DNA of 37,666 nucleotides from Vicinamibacterales bacterium (GCA_035635535.1 DASQAX010000539.1:1-37666); one strand, 5' to 3'. Positions 25,367 through 35,169 are shown, counted from the first letter of the stretch. The notes: a model not told the origin generated them from the sequence alone. Made by a program: numbers and translations.

Positions 25367-25394
25367 CCGGGATCCGGGATTCGGGATCCGGGAT
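25367..25394. repeat. Heptamer tandem array (YCGGGAT) x4
   Basis: CCGGGAT CCGGGAT TCGGGAT CCGGGAT read directly, 11 nt after the CMD stop. Confidence 0.85.
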
Positions 25395-25572
25395 CCGCGT
25401 CCGGGCCCGTGCTCTCGAACTCGAGCCGCGGCTCGAGGACCTCTATCGCACGTTCGACCACGTCGGCGCCGCGTCCGATCCGGTCCACATCGTCCGGCGC
25501 TATGCCGCGCCGGACGATCGCGAGGTCGTCGGCTTCTGCGCGTCCGCGCTCGCCTTCGGCCGCGTCGCCAGC

Positions 25573-26271
25573 GTGCTCCAGTCCATCGAATCGCTGCTCG
25601 CCGTCATGGGTCCGCACCCGGCGGCGTTCGTCCGCTCGTTCGATCCGGCTCGCCACCGGGCCCCGATCGACCCGCTGGTGCATCGCTGGATCCGCGGACG
25701 CGATCTCGTGGCGCTGCTGCTCGTCCTCCAGCGGATGCTGCGCGAGGCCGGGACCATCGAGCGGTTCTTCGTCGCGGGCGACGACCCCGCCGCGCCGGAC
25801 ATCGCACCCGCGCTCGATGCGTTCTCGGTGCGCGCGCTCCAGACGGACCTGGCCCCCGCATACGGCCGTGTTCCGAAGCGGCCGGGGGTCTGTTATTTCT
25901 TCCCGCGTCCGTCGAAGGGAAGCGCCTGCAAGCGGCTCAATCTCTTTCTGCGATGGATGGTTCGCCGCGACGCCATCGATCTTGGAACGTGGACACTGGT
26001 GTCCCCGTCCCGGCTCATCATTCCGCTCGACACCCATGTCGTCCGCCTCGGCCGCTGTCTCCGCTTGACGCGGTATTCGACGCCGGGATGGCGGATGGCG
26101 GCCGAAATCACTGCGTCGCTCCGCTCGATCGAACCCGCTGATCCGGTCCGGTACGATTTTTCGTTATGTCATGTGGGGATGATGAAGGCCTGCGGATATG
26201 GAAGAGCGCAGGGCGATCGTCAATGCCCGCTTCGCGGAATTTGCCGTCCACAATCCGGCGCGCGGAAATAG
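25573..26271 (+). CDS. TIGR02757 (DUF2400) family protein; the real N-terminus almost certainly lies upstream (about 25393-25420)
   Basis: Family-like C-terminal half (CKRLNLFLRWMVRRD...DTHV...DFSLCHVGM). The same frame stays open upstream and encodes LEDLYRTFDH...DPVHIVRRY...EVVGFCASALAFGRV, which looks like the family N-terminus, but no ATG/GTG/TTG is present there. Confidence 0.75.
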   Translation: MLQSIESLLAVMGPHPAAFVRSFDPARHRAPIDPLVHRWIRGRDLVALLLVLQRMLREAGTIERFFVAGDDPAAPDIAPALDAFSVRALQTDLAPAYGRVPKRPGVCYFFPRPSKGSACKRLNLFLRWMVRRDAIDLGTWTLVSPSRLIIPLDTHVVRLGRCLRLTRYSTPGWRMAAEITASLRSIEPADPVRYDFSLCHVGMMKACGYGRAQGDRQCPLRGICRPQSGARK

Positions 26272-26324
26272 GGACGGAATGACTATTGAAGGGCTGCTGA
26301 CAATCCAGCGTTTACGGGCCTGGG

Positions 26325-26609
26325 ATGCGTGTACGGATTACAAGGACACTGACAGGCAGTATTGACGGGATACAGCTGTCGCGGCTGTCGAAGGGACAGG
26401 TGTACGACGTGAACACCTCCCTCGCCTGTTACCTGCTTTCGGAGGAGATGGCCGAGCCCGCGTCGAGCGACGAGCCGACATCAGTCCTCCCCGTCGAAAA
26501 GAAGCTGTTCGGCCAGCCCGCCGCGCCGCGCCCCGGGTTCGTGTTTCCCCGTTCACTCGCCGCCGATCGAAGCGGTAGCCAGAAGCGCCGGAAGAAGCCC
26601 GAAAGTTAG
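26325..26609 (+). CDS. Hypothetical small protein (94 aa)
   Basis: ORF only. Codon usage is acceptable, with a basic C-terminus (QKRRKKPES). No recognisable motif. Confidence 0.4.
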   Translation: MRVRITRTLTGSIDGIQLSRLSKGQVYDVNTSLACYLLSEEMAEPASSDEPTSVLPVEKKLFGQPAAPRPGFVFPRSLAADRSGSQKRRKKPES

Positions 26610-26621
26610 GAAGGAATCCCC

Positions 26622-27035
26622 ATGCGATCCATTGCGGTCTCACTCGTCGTGTCGTTGCTCGGCGCCGTCGCCCCGGCGCTGGCCCAGTCGGCCAGCGACG
26701 CGGCCAGGGAAGTCCGCATCAGCGGCTGCGTCCAGTGGGAGAAGGACTACCGGAAGGAGCGCAGCGAAGGCCGCGGAGGCGCGCTCGGCACGGGCCTCGG
26801 CGTCGGCAACGAGTTCGTAGTGACGATGGTCAAGCCCGAGGGCGGGAGGAAGGCGACCGCCTACAGCATCACCGGCGATCGCGAGAAGGAGCTCGGCCGC
26901 CGGATCGGTCAGCAGATCGAAGTCATTGGTGTGATCGAGGACGAGGGCAAGCCCGACGCCGACCGCTTCGGCGACCTGCCGCGCATCAGGATGACGGCGT
27001 GGGTGCCGATCAAGGACTCGTGTCCTGCGCAGTAG
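26622..27035 (+). CDS. Hypothetical secreted protein (137 aa)
   Basis: GGAAGGA SD 6 nt before the ATG. Clear signal peptide (LLGAVAPALAQS). Followed by an intrinsic terminator. Confidence 0.6.
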   Translation: MRSIAVSLVVSLLGAVAPALAQSASDAAREVRISGCVQWEKDYRKERSEGRGGALGTGLGVGNEFVVTMVKPEGGRKATAYSITGDREKELGRRIGQQIEVIGVIEDEGKPDADRFGDLPRIRMTAWVPIKDSCPAQ

Positions 27036-27036
27036 C

Positions 27037-27064
27037 AAATCCCGGCGCTATTTGGGATTTTTTT
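27037..27064 (+). terminator. Rho-independent terminator
   Basis: AAATCCC (27037-27043) pairs with GGGATTT (27054-27060), followed by TTTT. Overlaps the last codons of the convergent GT2 gene. Confidence 0.6.
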
Positions 27065-27803
27065 GAAGCTCCCAGAGCTTCATGAACTTCAGGCCGACCG
27101 ACCACGCGTTCATCAACGAGATCGTCAACCCCGCGCTGCCGTCGAGAAATCCCCTCCTCAGGATGTAATTGCGAAGGAATGCCGCGGGCGGATGCACCAG
27201 GATTTCGATGGGGCCCGTCCGCCTGCCCGCTTCGTACATCTGCCGTGCCGCCAGCGTTGAATACTGATTGATTCGCTCGATCTGATCGCGCAGATCGGCG
27301 AACGAGTAGTGCTCGAGGTCGTGCTTCAGCCGGCCAGATGGTCCGTCGACGCTGACCGACTCGTGCACGTAGCGACCATGCCACCGCGCGAAGCGGCGAT
27401 CGTAGAGCCGCGTCTGGTAGTCCGGATAGAAGTCCGTCGTTCGAATCCAGCGGCCCAGGTGGAAGGTCACTCGCGGCACCCGGTAGCCGTGATACGGCGG
27501 CTCTCCGGCGAGTACGCCCCTGACCTCGCCGGCGAGCGCCACCGGGATCCGTTCGTCGGCGTCGAGCGACAGGATCCAGTCGTGGCTCGCCTGTCCCGCG
27601 GCGAAATTCTTCTGGTCGACGTATCCGGTCCACGCGCGTGTCAGCACGCGCGCGCCCCTGGTGCGGGCGATGCCGGCCGTCTCGTCGCTGCTGCCGGAAT
27701 CGACGACGAGGATTTCGTCGGCGAAGGCGGCGGAATCGATGGCCGCGCCGATGTGCGCGGCCTCGTTCAGCGTGATGATGGTGACCGTCAGCGGCGGCAT
27801 CAA
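27048..27803 (-). CDS. Family 2 glycosyltransferase (LPS-core type)
   Basis: VTIITLNEA...VVDSGSSDET...SLDADE (DxD) GT2 motifs. Starts 5 nt after the TolC-like stop. Confidence 0.9.
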   Translation of the reverse strand: MMPPLTVTIITLNEAAHIGAAIDSAAFADEILVVDSGSSDETAGIARTRGARVLTRAWTGYVDQKNFAAGQASHDWILSLDADERIPVALAGEVRGVLAGEPPYHGYRVPRVTFHLGRWIRTTDFYPDYQTRLYDRRFARWHGRYVHESVSVDGPSGRLKHDLEHYSFADLRDQIERINQYSTLAARQMYEAGRRTGPIEILVHPPAAFLRNYILRRGFLDGSAGLTISLMNAWSVGLKFMKLWELQKNPK

Positions 27804-27808
27804 TTCAT

Positions 27809-29494
27809 CTACTGAGGTGCTCCCGAGGTCACCGTCGTGCCCCCCGAAATCGCAGTCGTCGGCGTCACGCCGACACCCACGGTGGCGGCCGTCGCGGTCG
27901 ACGCGGTTCCCACGCCGGCGCCTACGACGGGCGCGCGTTGCACCGTTTCGAGATCCACGACCGAGCGGTTGTAATCGAGGATGGCGCTCAACTCGTTGTT
28001 GCGCGCCTGCGCGAGGTCGCGCTGCGCCTGGAACACGATGAAGTTGGTGGACGTGCCGGCCGCCAGCTTCTTCTGCTCGGCATCGAGGCGCTGCTCGCCG
28101 AGAGAGCGGGACGCGCCCGTGCTCGCCACCCGCTTCGCGTTGGTCGTCACCTGACGGGCGACGTTGCGCACCTGCGTGACGACCTGCAGCTCCGCGTTCT
28201 TCAGCTGCGTCACCGCCTGGCTGCCCTGGAGCTGCGCGCGAGCCAGGCTGGCCTCCTGCTGGCTGTGCCCGACCGGGTAGCTGATGTTCAGCGCGAGCGT
28301 CCAGTTCGGGAACTGATTGCCGAACAGGTCGCCGAGCACCGACCCGAAGCTGCGCTGCGTTTCCCCGATGATCGGGCCTGGAAAGCCGGTCCCGCGCACG
28401 AACTGGGTGCCACCGAGCCCCGTCAGGCCGTAGTCGAAGCTCGCGGTGACGTCTGGCAGCATCTGGTTGCGGAAGTACCGGATGTTGACGTCGTTTTCCT
28501 CGAGCGACTTGCGCGCCTGCAGGAGGTCGGTTCGCATCTGCAGCGCGTTACTCACGGCGGCATTGACGTCCACGGTCACCGGCTGAAACGCCGGCAGATC
28601 CGTAGGCTCGATTTGCGTGGTCCAGAAATCGGGCGACGACTGGTTGAAGACGAGCGCGCGCAGCGCGTCCTGCGCGGTGTCAATCTGCGCCTGCGCGACG
28701 ATCACCCCCTCGTCGCGCGTGGCCACCTCGGCTTCCGCCTCGACGGCGTCGATGGGCGGCACGGTGCCGATCTGGATACGCGCGTTGGTCTCGCGCAGCG
28801 ACTCGCGCGCCAGGTCGAGCGACTGCTGCTGGACGGCCAGCGAGGCATTGGCGTACGCCAGGTCCCAGTACGCATTGCGCACCGCCCGTGACGTCGTCGC
28901 CACGGTCTGCTCGAACTGGACGTCGGAGATCTCGCGGTTCTTCTCGCTCAGGATGACCTGCTGCCGCAGGTTGTCCATGCCGAAGTTGCGCAGCAGCGGC
29001 TGCCGGATGTTGAGCGAGAGCGACGACTGCAGCTGTGGCGAGAAGTTCGAGAAGATGTTCGTCGTCGTCGAGCGCGTGCTGTCCCACCCGACGCTGTAGC
29101 TGCCGCCCCACGGTGTCTGCTGCAGGAGGCCGACGTTGCTCGCGAGACGTCCGGCCGTCGTCTTGTCCACGCCGGTCGTGGCGCCCGACAGGAAACTGTT
29201 GTTCGGGGTCGCGGCGCTCGATCCCTGGACCGTCGTGTTGAAGGTCGGCACCCAGGCCGACCGCGCGAGCGCGACGGAGAGGTCCTGGAGCTGGGGATTG
29301 ATGCGTGCGATCTGCACCCCCAGGTTGTTGTCGAGCGCGAGCCTCACCGCCTCGTCAATCGTGAGCCTGCGCACCTGGTCGCCGGGCGCCGAGGCGAGTG
29401 GCGCCGAAGGCGTCCGCGTCGTCTGCGCGTGCGCGGTGCCGATCGCGGAGAGGATCCCGATGACGAGAGCCGTGACTGTGAGTGTCGTTCGCAT
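27809..29494 (-). CDS. TolC-family outer membrane efflux protein
   Basis: Signal peptide MRTTLTVTALVIGILSAIGTAHA. Two OEP repeats (LTIDEAVRLALDNNLGVQIAR..., LDLARESLRETNARIQIG...). ATG at 29494 chosen; the track start at 29536 lies inside the heptamer array. Confidence 0.9.
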   Translation of the reverse strand: MRTTLTVTALVIGILSAIGTAHAQTTRTPSAPLASAPGDQVRRLTIDEAVRLALDNNLGVQIARINPQLQDLSVALARSAWVPTFNTTVQGSSAATPNNSFLSGATTGVDKTTAGRLASNVGLLQQTPWGGSYSVGWDSTRSTTTNIFSNFSPQLQSSLSLNIRQPLLRNFGMDNLRQQVILSEKNREISDVQFEQTVATTSRAVRNAYWDLAYANASLAVQQQSLDLARESLRETNARIQIGTVPPIDAVEAEAEVATRDEGVIVAQAQIDTAQDALRALVFNQSSPDFWTTQIEPTDLPAFQPVTVDVNAAVSNALQMRTDLLQARKSLEENDVNIRYFRNQMLPDVTASFDYGLTGLGGTQFVRGTGFPGPIIGETQRSFGSVLGDLFGNQFPNWTLALNISYPVGHSQQEASLARAQLQGSQAVTQLKNAELQVVTQVRNVARQVTTNAKRVASTGASRSLGEQRLDAEQKKLAAGTSTNFIVFQAQRDLAQARNNELSAILDYNRSVVDLETVQRAPVVGAGVGTASTATAATVGVGVTPTTAISGGTTVTSGAPQ

Positions 29495-29515
29495 TGCCGT
29501 ACTCCGTACCTCGTT

Positions 29516-29571
29516 CCTGCAACCTGACACCTGCAACCTGACACCTGATACCTGCTACCTGACACCTGACT
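29516..29571. repeat. Heptamer tandem array (CCTGMNA) x8
   Basis: CCTGCAA CCTGACA CCTGCAA CCTGACA CCTGATA CCTGCTA CCTGACA CCTGACT read directly, in the divergent TolC/pyrE spacer. Confidence 0.9.
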
Positions 29572-29615
29572 GTGACCTCTCCCGCGTGGCAGATCTATGA
29601 ACGTATGATGACATT

Positions 29616-30185
29616 GTGTCTACGGATCCCGTGCTCGATCGGTTTCGACGCGTCGGCGCGCTGCTCGAAGGGCATTTCCGGCTGACGTCGGGACTGCACA
29701 GCCCCGGTTACCTGCAATGCGCGCTCGTGCTGCAGCATCCGGCGGAAGCGGAAGCCTGCGGCGTCGCGATCGCCGACCGTGTCCGTTCGCTCGGGGCGGG
29801 CGTCGTGCTCTCGCCGGCGCTCGGCGGCATCGTCATCGGGCAGGAAGTGGGGCGCGCGCTCGGCGTTCGCGCCATCTTCGCGGAGCGGCAGGACGGGAAG
29901 TTGACGCTGCGGCGCGGTTTTTCGCTCGAGCCGGGCGAGAAAGTGCTCGTCGTCGAGGACGTCGTGACGACCGGCGGCTCGACGCAGGAGACAATCGACG
30001 TGGCGCGCGCGGCAGGGGCAACCGTGGTCGGCGCGGCCGCCATCATCGACCGCAGCGGCGGCCGGCAGCGGATCGACGTCCCCTTTCACGCGCTCGCCAC
30101 GATGGCGTTACCCACCTACGAGGCCGACGCATGCCCGCTGTGCGCGGAAGGGAAGCCGGTGGTGAAGCCCGGCTCCCGGGGATAA
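29616..30185 (+). CDS. pyrE: Orotate phosphoribosyltransferase
   Basis: GHFRLTSGLHS, PRPP loop VLVVEDVVTTGGS. GTG start. TATGAT hexamer at 29604-29609. Confidence 0.9.
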   Translation: MSTDPVLDRFRRVGALLEGHFRLTSGLHSPGYLQCALVLQHPAEAEACGVAIADRVRSLGAGVVLSPALGGIVIGQEVGRALGVRAIFAERQDGKLTLRRGFSLEPGEKVLVVEDVVTTGGSTQETIDVARAAGATVVGAAAIIDRSGGRQRIDVPFHALATMALPTYEADACPLCAEGKPVVKPGSRG

Positions 30186-30251
30186 CCACGAAGGCGCGCT
30201 TCGCGCGCGAACGCGGAGCTCACGAAGACCATTAAAGTACTTGGCGTGGTT
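30184..30251. repeat. CACGAAG-word spacer with imperfect terminal inverted repeat and a GCGCGC-TTC-GCGCGC core
   Basis: AACCACGAAGG (30184-30194) against CGTGGTT (30245-30251). GCGCGCTTCGCGCGC at 30195-30209. A second CACGAAG at 30221-30227. Confidence 0.6.
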
Positions 30252-30262
30252 GAAGGACCTGC

Positions 30263-31049
30263 GTGAGGCGCACCCTGAAGATCACCCTCGCCTACGACGG
30301 CACGCGCTTCGTCGGCTGGCAGCGCCAGGCCGAGGGCGAGTCGATACAGGGGCTGCTCGAAGACGCCCTCGCGAAGTTCGAAGGCGGTCCCGTGACGGCG
30401 CACGGCGCGGGACGGACCGATGCCGGCGTCCACGCGCGTGGCCAGGTCGCCAGTGCTGCCGTCAGCTTCCCGCACCCGGTCGACACGCTGGTTCGTGCGC
30501 TCAACGCCCAGCTGCCGGAAGACATCCGCGTGCTCGAGGTCGCCGACGCACCGGCCGATTTCCATGCCCGGTTCAACGCGCGCTCGAAGACGTATCGCTA
30601 CCAGCTACGGGCTGGCAGCGTCGGCGATCCGTTCACGCGCGCGTTCGTATGGCAGCTCGCCGAACGGCTCGACGTGGCCGCGATGCGCGAGGCCGCGGCG
30701 AAGCTGATCGGCACCCACGATTTCGCCGCGTTTCAGAGCGCCGGGACCGAAACGAGCACCACCATTCGGACGATCACCCGGTCCGACATCGTCCTCGGCG
30801 GCGCGGACGTCCTCGGCGGCGCGGACGCTTCGGGTCCGCGAACGACGGATTCGCGAGCCCTGATGGCCTACGAGATCGCCGGCGACGGCTTCCTGCGGCA
30901 CATGGTGCGCGCGATCGTCGGCACGCTGGTCGAGATTGGGCGCGGATGGCGCCCGCCCGCTTCCATGGCGCAACTGGTGGACGGCGGCACGCGCGCGGAG
31001 GCCGGCGCGACCGCGCCGCCGCACGGGTTGTGCCTCGTGCGCGTGGACT

Positions 31050-31057
<8 letters not shown>
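30263..31057 (+). CDS. truA: tRNA pseudouridine(38-40) synthase
   Basis: GAGRTDAGVHARGQV catalytic-Asp motif, DGFLRHMVR. GTG start. Confidence 0.93.
30791..30826. repeat. Perfect 18-nt tandem duplication inside truA
   Basis: GTCCTCGGCGGCGCGGAC x2 encodes VLGGAD-VLGGAD. Followed by the small palindrome CGCGAA-N7-TTCGCG (30837-30855). Confidence 0.85.
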
Positions 31058-31840
<783 letters not shown>

Positions 31841-31844
<4 letters not shown>

Positions 31845-31894
31845 CCCCTCGATTAGCACTCGGGGTCATCCCGAGCATGGTCGAGGGATGACCC
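31841..31894 (+). promoter_or_regulatory. Structured uppS-cdsA junction with mutually exclusive hairpins covering the uppS stop and the cdsA start
   Basis: ATGACCCC (31841-31848) pairs with GGGGTCAT (31862-31869). Alternatively GGGTCATCCC (31863-31872) pairs with GGGATGACCC (31885-31894, containing the cdsA ATG at 31888). CCCTCGA (31846-31852) can also pair with TCGAGGG (31881-31887). Confidence 0.45.
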
Positions 31895-32670
31895 GCGTCA
31901 TCAGCGGCGTCCTCCTCGCCGCCGGGGCGGTTGCCGCCATCGTGTTTCTTCCCTTCATCGCGCTGCGAATCCTGGCCTGCCTGGTCGCCGGCCTTGCCGC
32001 AGACGAGTACGTGCGCATCACCTCGCCGAAGTCCCGCTCGCCCCTGCGGTGGGTCGTCATCGCCGTGGTCGTCTATACGTGCTGGTGGTCAGCCGTGCCG
32101 GCGCCGCTCAGCATCGTGCTGCTCGCCATCATCGTCATCGTGTGGCTCGCGTATGCGGTGCTGCGGGAAGGCTGGACGATTCACGAGGCCGGGGTGGACC
32201 TCGTTGCGCCCATTTACATAGGGGCGCCGCTGGGGATGCTCGTCGCGCTGCAGATGCTCGCGGGACCGAAGGCGACCCTCCTGCTGATGGCGACGATCGT
32301 GGTGAGCGATTCCGCGCAGTACTACACGGGACGCGCGTTCGGCCGCCGTCCGCTGGCGCCGGCGATCAGTCCGAAGAAGACCGTGGAGGGCGCGATCGGC
32401 GGCGTCGTCTTCGGCGCGTTGTTCATGGCCGTCGCCATGACGTTCGTCTTTCCACTGACGCCCATCGTCGTCCGGGTCCTCCTCGGGCTCGTGATCGTCT
32501 TCCTCGGCATCGCGGGCGACCTGTTCGAATCGCGGTTGAAGCGGGTCGCCGGGCTGAAGGACAGCTCGACGCTGATTCCCGGCCACGGCGGCGTGCTCGA
32601 TCGCATCGACGCGCTGCTGTTCGCGATTCCGGTGTTCTATTTCATGGTGCTGCAGGGGCGCGTGGCGTGA
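31888..32670 (+). CDS. cdsA: Phosphatidate cytidylyltransferase
   Basis: SDSAQYYTGRAFGRR, KKTVEGAIGG, GHGGVLDRIDA. Multiple TM helices. Confidence 0.92.
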   Translation: MTRVISGVLLAAGAVAAIVFLPFIALRILACLVAGLAADEYVRITSPKSRSPLRWVVIAVVVYTCWWSAVPAPLSIVLLAIIVIVWLAYAVLREGWTIHEAGVDLVAPIYIGAPLGMLVALQMLAGPKATLLLMATIVVSDSAQYYTGRAFGRRPLAPAISPKKTVEGAIGGVVFGALFMAVAMTFVFPLTPIVVRVLLGLVIVFLGIAGDLFESRLKRVAGLKDSSTLIPGHGGVLDRIDALLFAIPVFYFMVLQGRVA

Positions 32671-33836
32671 AGCACCTCGCCATCCTCGGATCGACCGGAT
32701 CGATCGGCCAGAGCGCGCTCGCCGTCGTGGACGCGCATCCCGATCGGCTTCGCGTGGCGGCGCTCGCCGCCGGCGACAACGCGGCGCTGCTCGCGGAACA
32801 GGTTGCCCGCTATTGTCCCGACATCGTCGGCATGGCGACCCCCGACGGCGCCGACCGCCTGAAACAGGCCTGCGGATCGCAGGCGGTCACCATCGTCAGC
32901 GGCCCGGACGGACTGGTCGCCGTTGCCACGCATCCCGCCGTCGACATCGTGCTCTGCGCCTCGTCCGGCACTGCGGGTCTCGAAGCAGTGCTCGCCGCCA
33001 TCGAGAGCGGCAAGACCGTCGCGCTCGCGAACAAGGAAATCCTCGTGATGGCGGGACAACTGGTCACCGATGCCGCGCGGCGCCGCGGCGTGGCGATTCT
33101 GCCGGTGGACAGCGAGCACAATGCCATCCACCAGTGCCTGCACGGCCGCGATCGGCGGGAGATCCGGCGGCTGATCCTGACGGCGTCCGGCGGCCCGTTT
33201 CGCGAGCTCAGCGCCGAAGCGCTCGACGGCGTGAACGCCGAGGCGGCGCTGCGGCATCCGACCTGGCGGATGGGGCGGAAGATCACCATCGATTCCGCGA
33301 CGCTGATGAACAAGGGCCTCGAGGTGATCGAGGCACACTGGCTCTTCGGTGTGTCCGCGGACCAGATCGACGTCGTGATCCATCCGCAATCGATCGTTCA
33401 CTCGCTGGTGGAGCTGATCGACGGCTCGGTGATCGCCCAGCTGGCCGTCACGGACATGCGCCTGCCGATCCAGTACGCCTGTTCCTACCCCGAGCGGTGG
33501 GAAGCGCGGTCGCTGCCGACGCTCGATTTGCTACACGCCGGGCACCTGGATTTTCACGCCCCTGCACGCGACCGCTTTCCATGCCTGGACCTCGCGTATC
33601 GCGCCCTCCGTGCCGGCGGCACCCTTCCGGTCGTGCTGAACGCGGCCAACGAGGTCGCCGTCGAACATTTTCTCGACGGGAAGCTCGGCTTTACCGCCAT
33701 CCCGCGCGTCATACAGGAAACGATGGATGCGCACGACAGTGAAGAGGTGACGACCCTAGACGTGGTACGACGCGTGGATGGATGGTCGCGGGAGTGCGCC
33801 CGGCATAGAGCCGAGGCGCTAGAATTGAACGCGTGA
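32667..33836 (+). CDS. dxr: 1-deoxy-D-xylulose 5-phosphate reductoisomerase
   Basis: Tail of the 32049..33836 frame from the GTG at 32667 (GTGA overlap with the cdsA stop). ILGSTGSIG, LANKE, DSEHNAI, HPTWRMG. Confidence 0.95.
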   Translation: MKHLAILGSTGSIGQSALAVVDAHPDRLRVAALAAGDNAALLAEQVARYCPDIVGMATPDGADRLKQACGSQAVTIVSGPDGLVAVATHPAVDIVLCASSGTAGLEAVLAAIESGKTVALANKEILVMAGQLVTDAARRRGVAILPVDSEHNAIHQCLHGRDRREIRRLILTASGGPFRELSAEALDGVNAEAALRHPTWRMGRKITIDSATLMNKGLEVIEAHWLFGVSADQIDVVIHPQSIVHSLVELIDGSVIAQLAVTDMRLPIQYACSYPERWEARSLPTLDLLHAGHLDFHAPARDRFPCLDLAYRALRAGGTLPVVLNAANEVAVEHFLDGKLGFTAIPRVIQETMDAHDSEEVTTLDVVRRVDGWSRECARHRAEALELNA

Positions 33837-35152
33837 CGACAATCCTGGCGTTTCTGTTCGTGCTCGGAGTGCTCGTTTTCGTACACGAGCTCGGACACTT
33901 CGTGGCCGCCCGCCGCATCGGCGTCCGCGTGCTCACGTTTTCACTGGGGTTCGGCCCCAAGCTCGTGTCGACGCGCCGCGGAGACACCGAATACGCCATC
34001 AGCGCGATCCCGCTCGGTGGCTACGTGAAAATGGCGGGCGAAAGCGTGGACGACCCGCGCAGCGGCGCGCCAGACGAATTCCTGTCGAAAACGAAATGGC
34101 AGCGGTTCCAGGTGCTCATCATGGGCCCCGTGATGAACATCATGCTCGCCGTCATCGTCATGGCCGTGGTCCTCGCGCAGGGCGCCGAGGTCCCCGCGTG
34201 GCACGATCAGCCGCCGGTCATCGGCACGGTGAAGGCCGGCTCGCCGGCCGAAAAGGCGGGCCTCCGCCGCGGGGACCGCGTCCTTGCGATCGCGGATACC
34301 AAGGTGGACACCTGGGACAAGTTCAATCTCGAGATCGGCACGCGGCCGAACCGCGAAGTCGAGCTCTCGTACCTGCGCGATGGCCGGACCGAATCGACGT
34401 CGCTTCGCTCGTCGGCCGAAGGCAAGTACGAGATCGGTGACATCGGCGTGCTGCCAGATGCGACGCCCATGGTGACGTCGCTCATCAAAGGAGACGTCGC
34501 TGAGAAAGCCGGCTTGAAGCCAGGCGACCTGATGCTCGCGGTCAACGGCGAGCCGATGCTTCAGCCCACGCAGCTCCGGGAAGCGATCTCGCGCAACGCG
34601 GGGAAGGAGACCGACATCCTCGTTCGCCGCAACGGCCAGGAGCAGCACATCACCGTCACGCCGGCCAGGCGCGGCGACGGCGGCATGATCGGCATCTTCT
34701 TCGGCGAACAGATGAAGTCGTTCACGCCGGGCCCGTTCGAGGCGCTCAAGCTCAGCGTGGCGAAGAACATCGAGTTCGGCGGCCTCATCTTCAAGACGCT
34801 CGGCGGCCTGTTTGTCGGCACCACCTCCCCCAGACAGCTCATGGGGCCGGTGGCCATTGCTCAGCTGTCGGGTGAGTCTGCCGCCGCGGGCTGGATTCCG
34901 CTCCTCACGTTGATGGCGTCCATCAGCCTCAACCTCGGGCTGCTGAACCTCATGCCTATTCCCGTCCTCGATGGCGGACACATCACCATCATGGCCCTCG
35001 AAGGCATCGCCCGGCGCGACTTCAGCGTGCAGGTAAAGGAGAAGATGCTTCTGGCCGGGTTTGTGCTGATCTTGCTCCTCATGGTCACCGTGATCTACAA
35101 CGACCTCACGCGCATCAGCTGGATCGAGCGGCTGATGCCGTGGAGAAATTAG
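33833..35152 (+). CDS. rseP: RIP metalloprotease RseP (site-2 protease, M50)
   Basis: HELGHF, two PDZ-like segments, NLMPIPVLDGGH. GTGA overlap with the dxr stop. Confidence 0.93.
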   Translation: MTTILAFLFVLGVLVFVHELGHFVAARRIGVRVLTFSLGFGPKLVSTRRGDTEYAISAIPLGGYVKMAGESVDDPRSGAPDEFLSKTKWQRFQVLIMGPVMNIMLAVIVMAVVLAQGAEVPAWHDQPPVIGTVKAGSPAEKAGLRRGDRVLAIADTKVDTWDKFNLEIGTRPNREVELSYLRDGRTESTSLRSSAEGKYEIGDIGVLPDATPMVTSLIKGDVAEKAGLKPGDLMLAVNGEPMLQPTQLREAISRNAGKETDILVRRNGQEQHITVTPARRGDGGMIGIFFGEQMKSFTPGPFEALKLSVAKNIEFGGLIFKTLGGLFVGTTSPRQLMGPVAIAQLSGESAAAGWIPLLTLMASISLNLGLLNLMPIPVLDGGHITIMALEGIARRDFSVQVKEKMLLAGFVLILLLMVTVIYNDLTRISWIERLMPWRN

Positions 35153-35169
35153 CCGAGGAGGACAACCAG

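Noticed and set aside
22518-26068. Long ORFs 22518..23882 (minus), 23840..24952 (minus), 24773..26068 (plus), 25336..26037 (minus), and the first 342 codons of 22850..24676 (plus)
   Set aside because: They overlap well-supported REC-HD-GYP, BtpA, CMD and TIGR02757 genes in other frames. Composition is typical of GC-driven open frames.
27436-27452. GTTCGAATCC, a tRNA T-loop-like string
   Set aside because: The flanking bases do not form T-stem, acceptor or anticodon arms. It lies inside the well-supported GT2 coding sequence.
29516-29571. Possibility that the heptamer arrays (here and at 8773, 13372, 25367) are CRISPR arrays
   Set aside because: The units are 7 nt and strictly tandem with no spacers. 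CRISPR repeats are about 24-48 nt separated by unique spacers, and there are no cas genes in the window.
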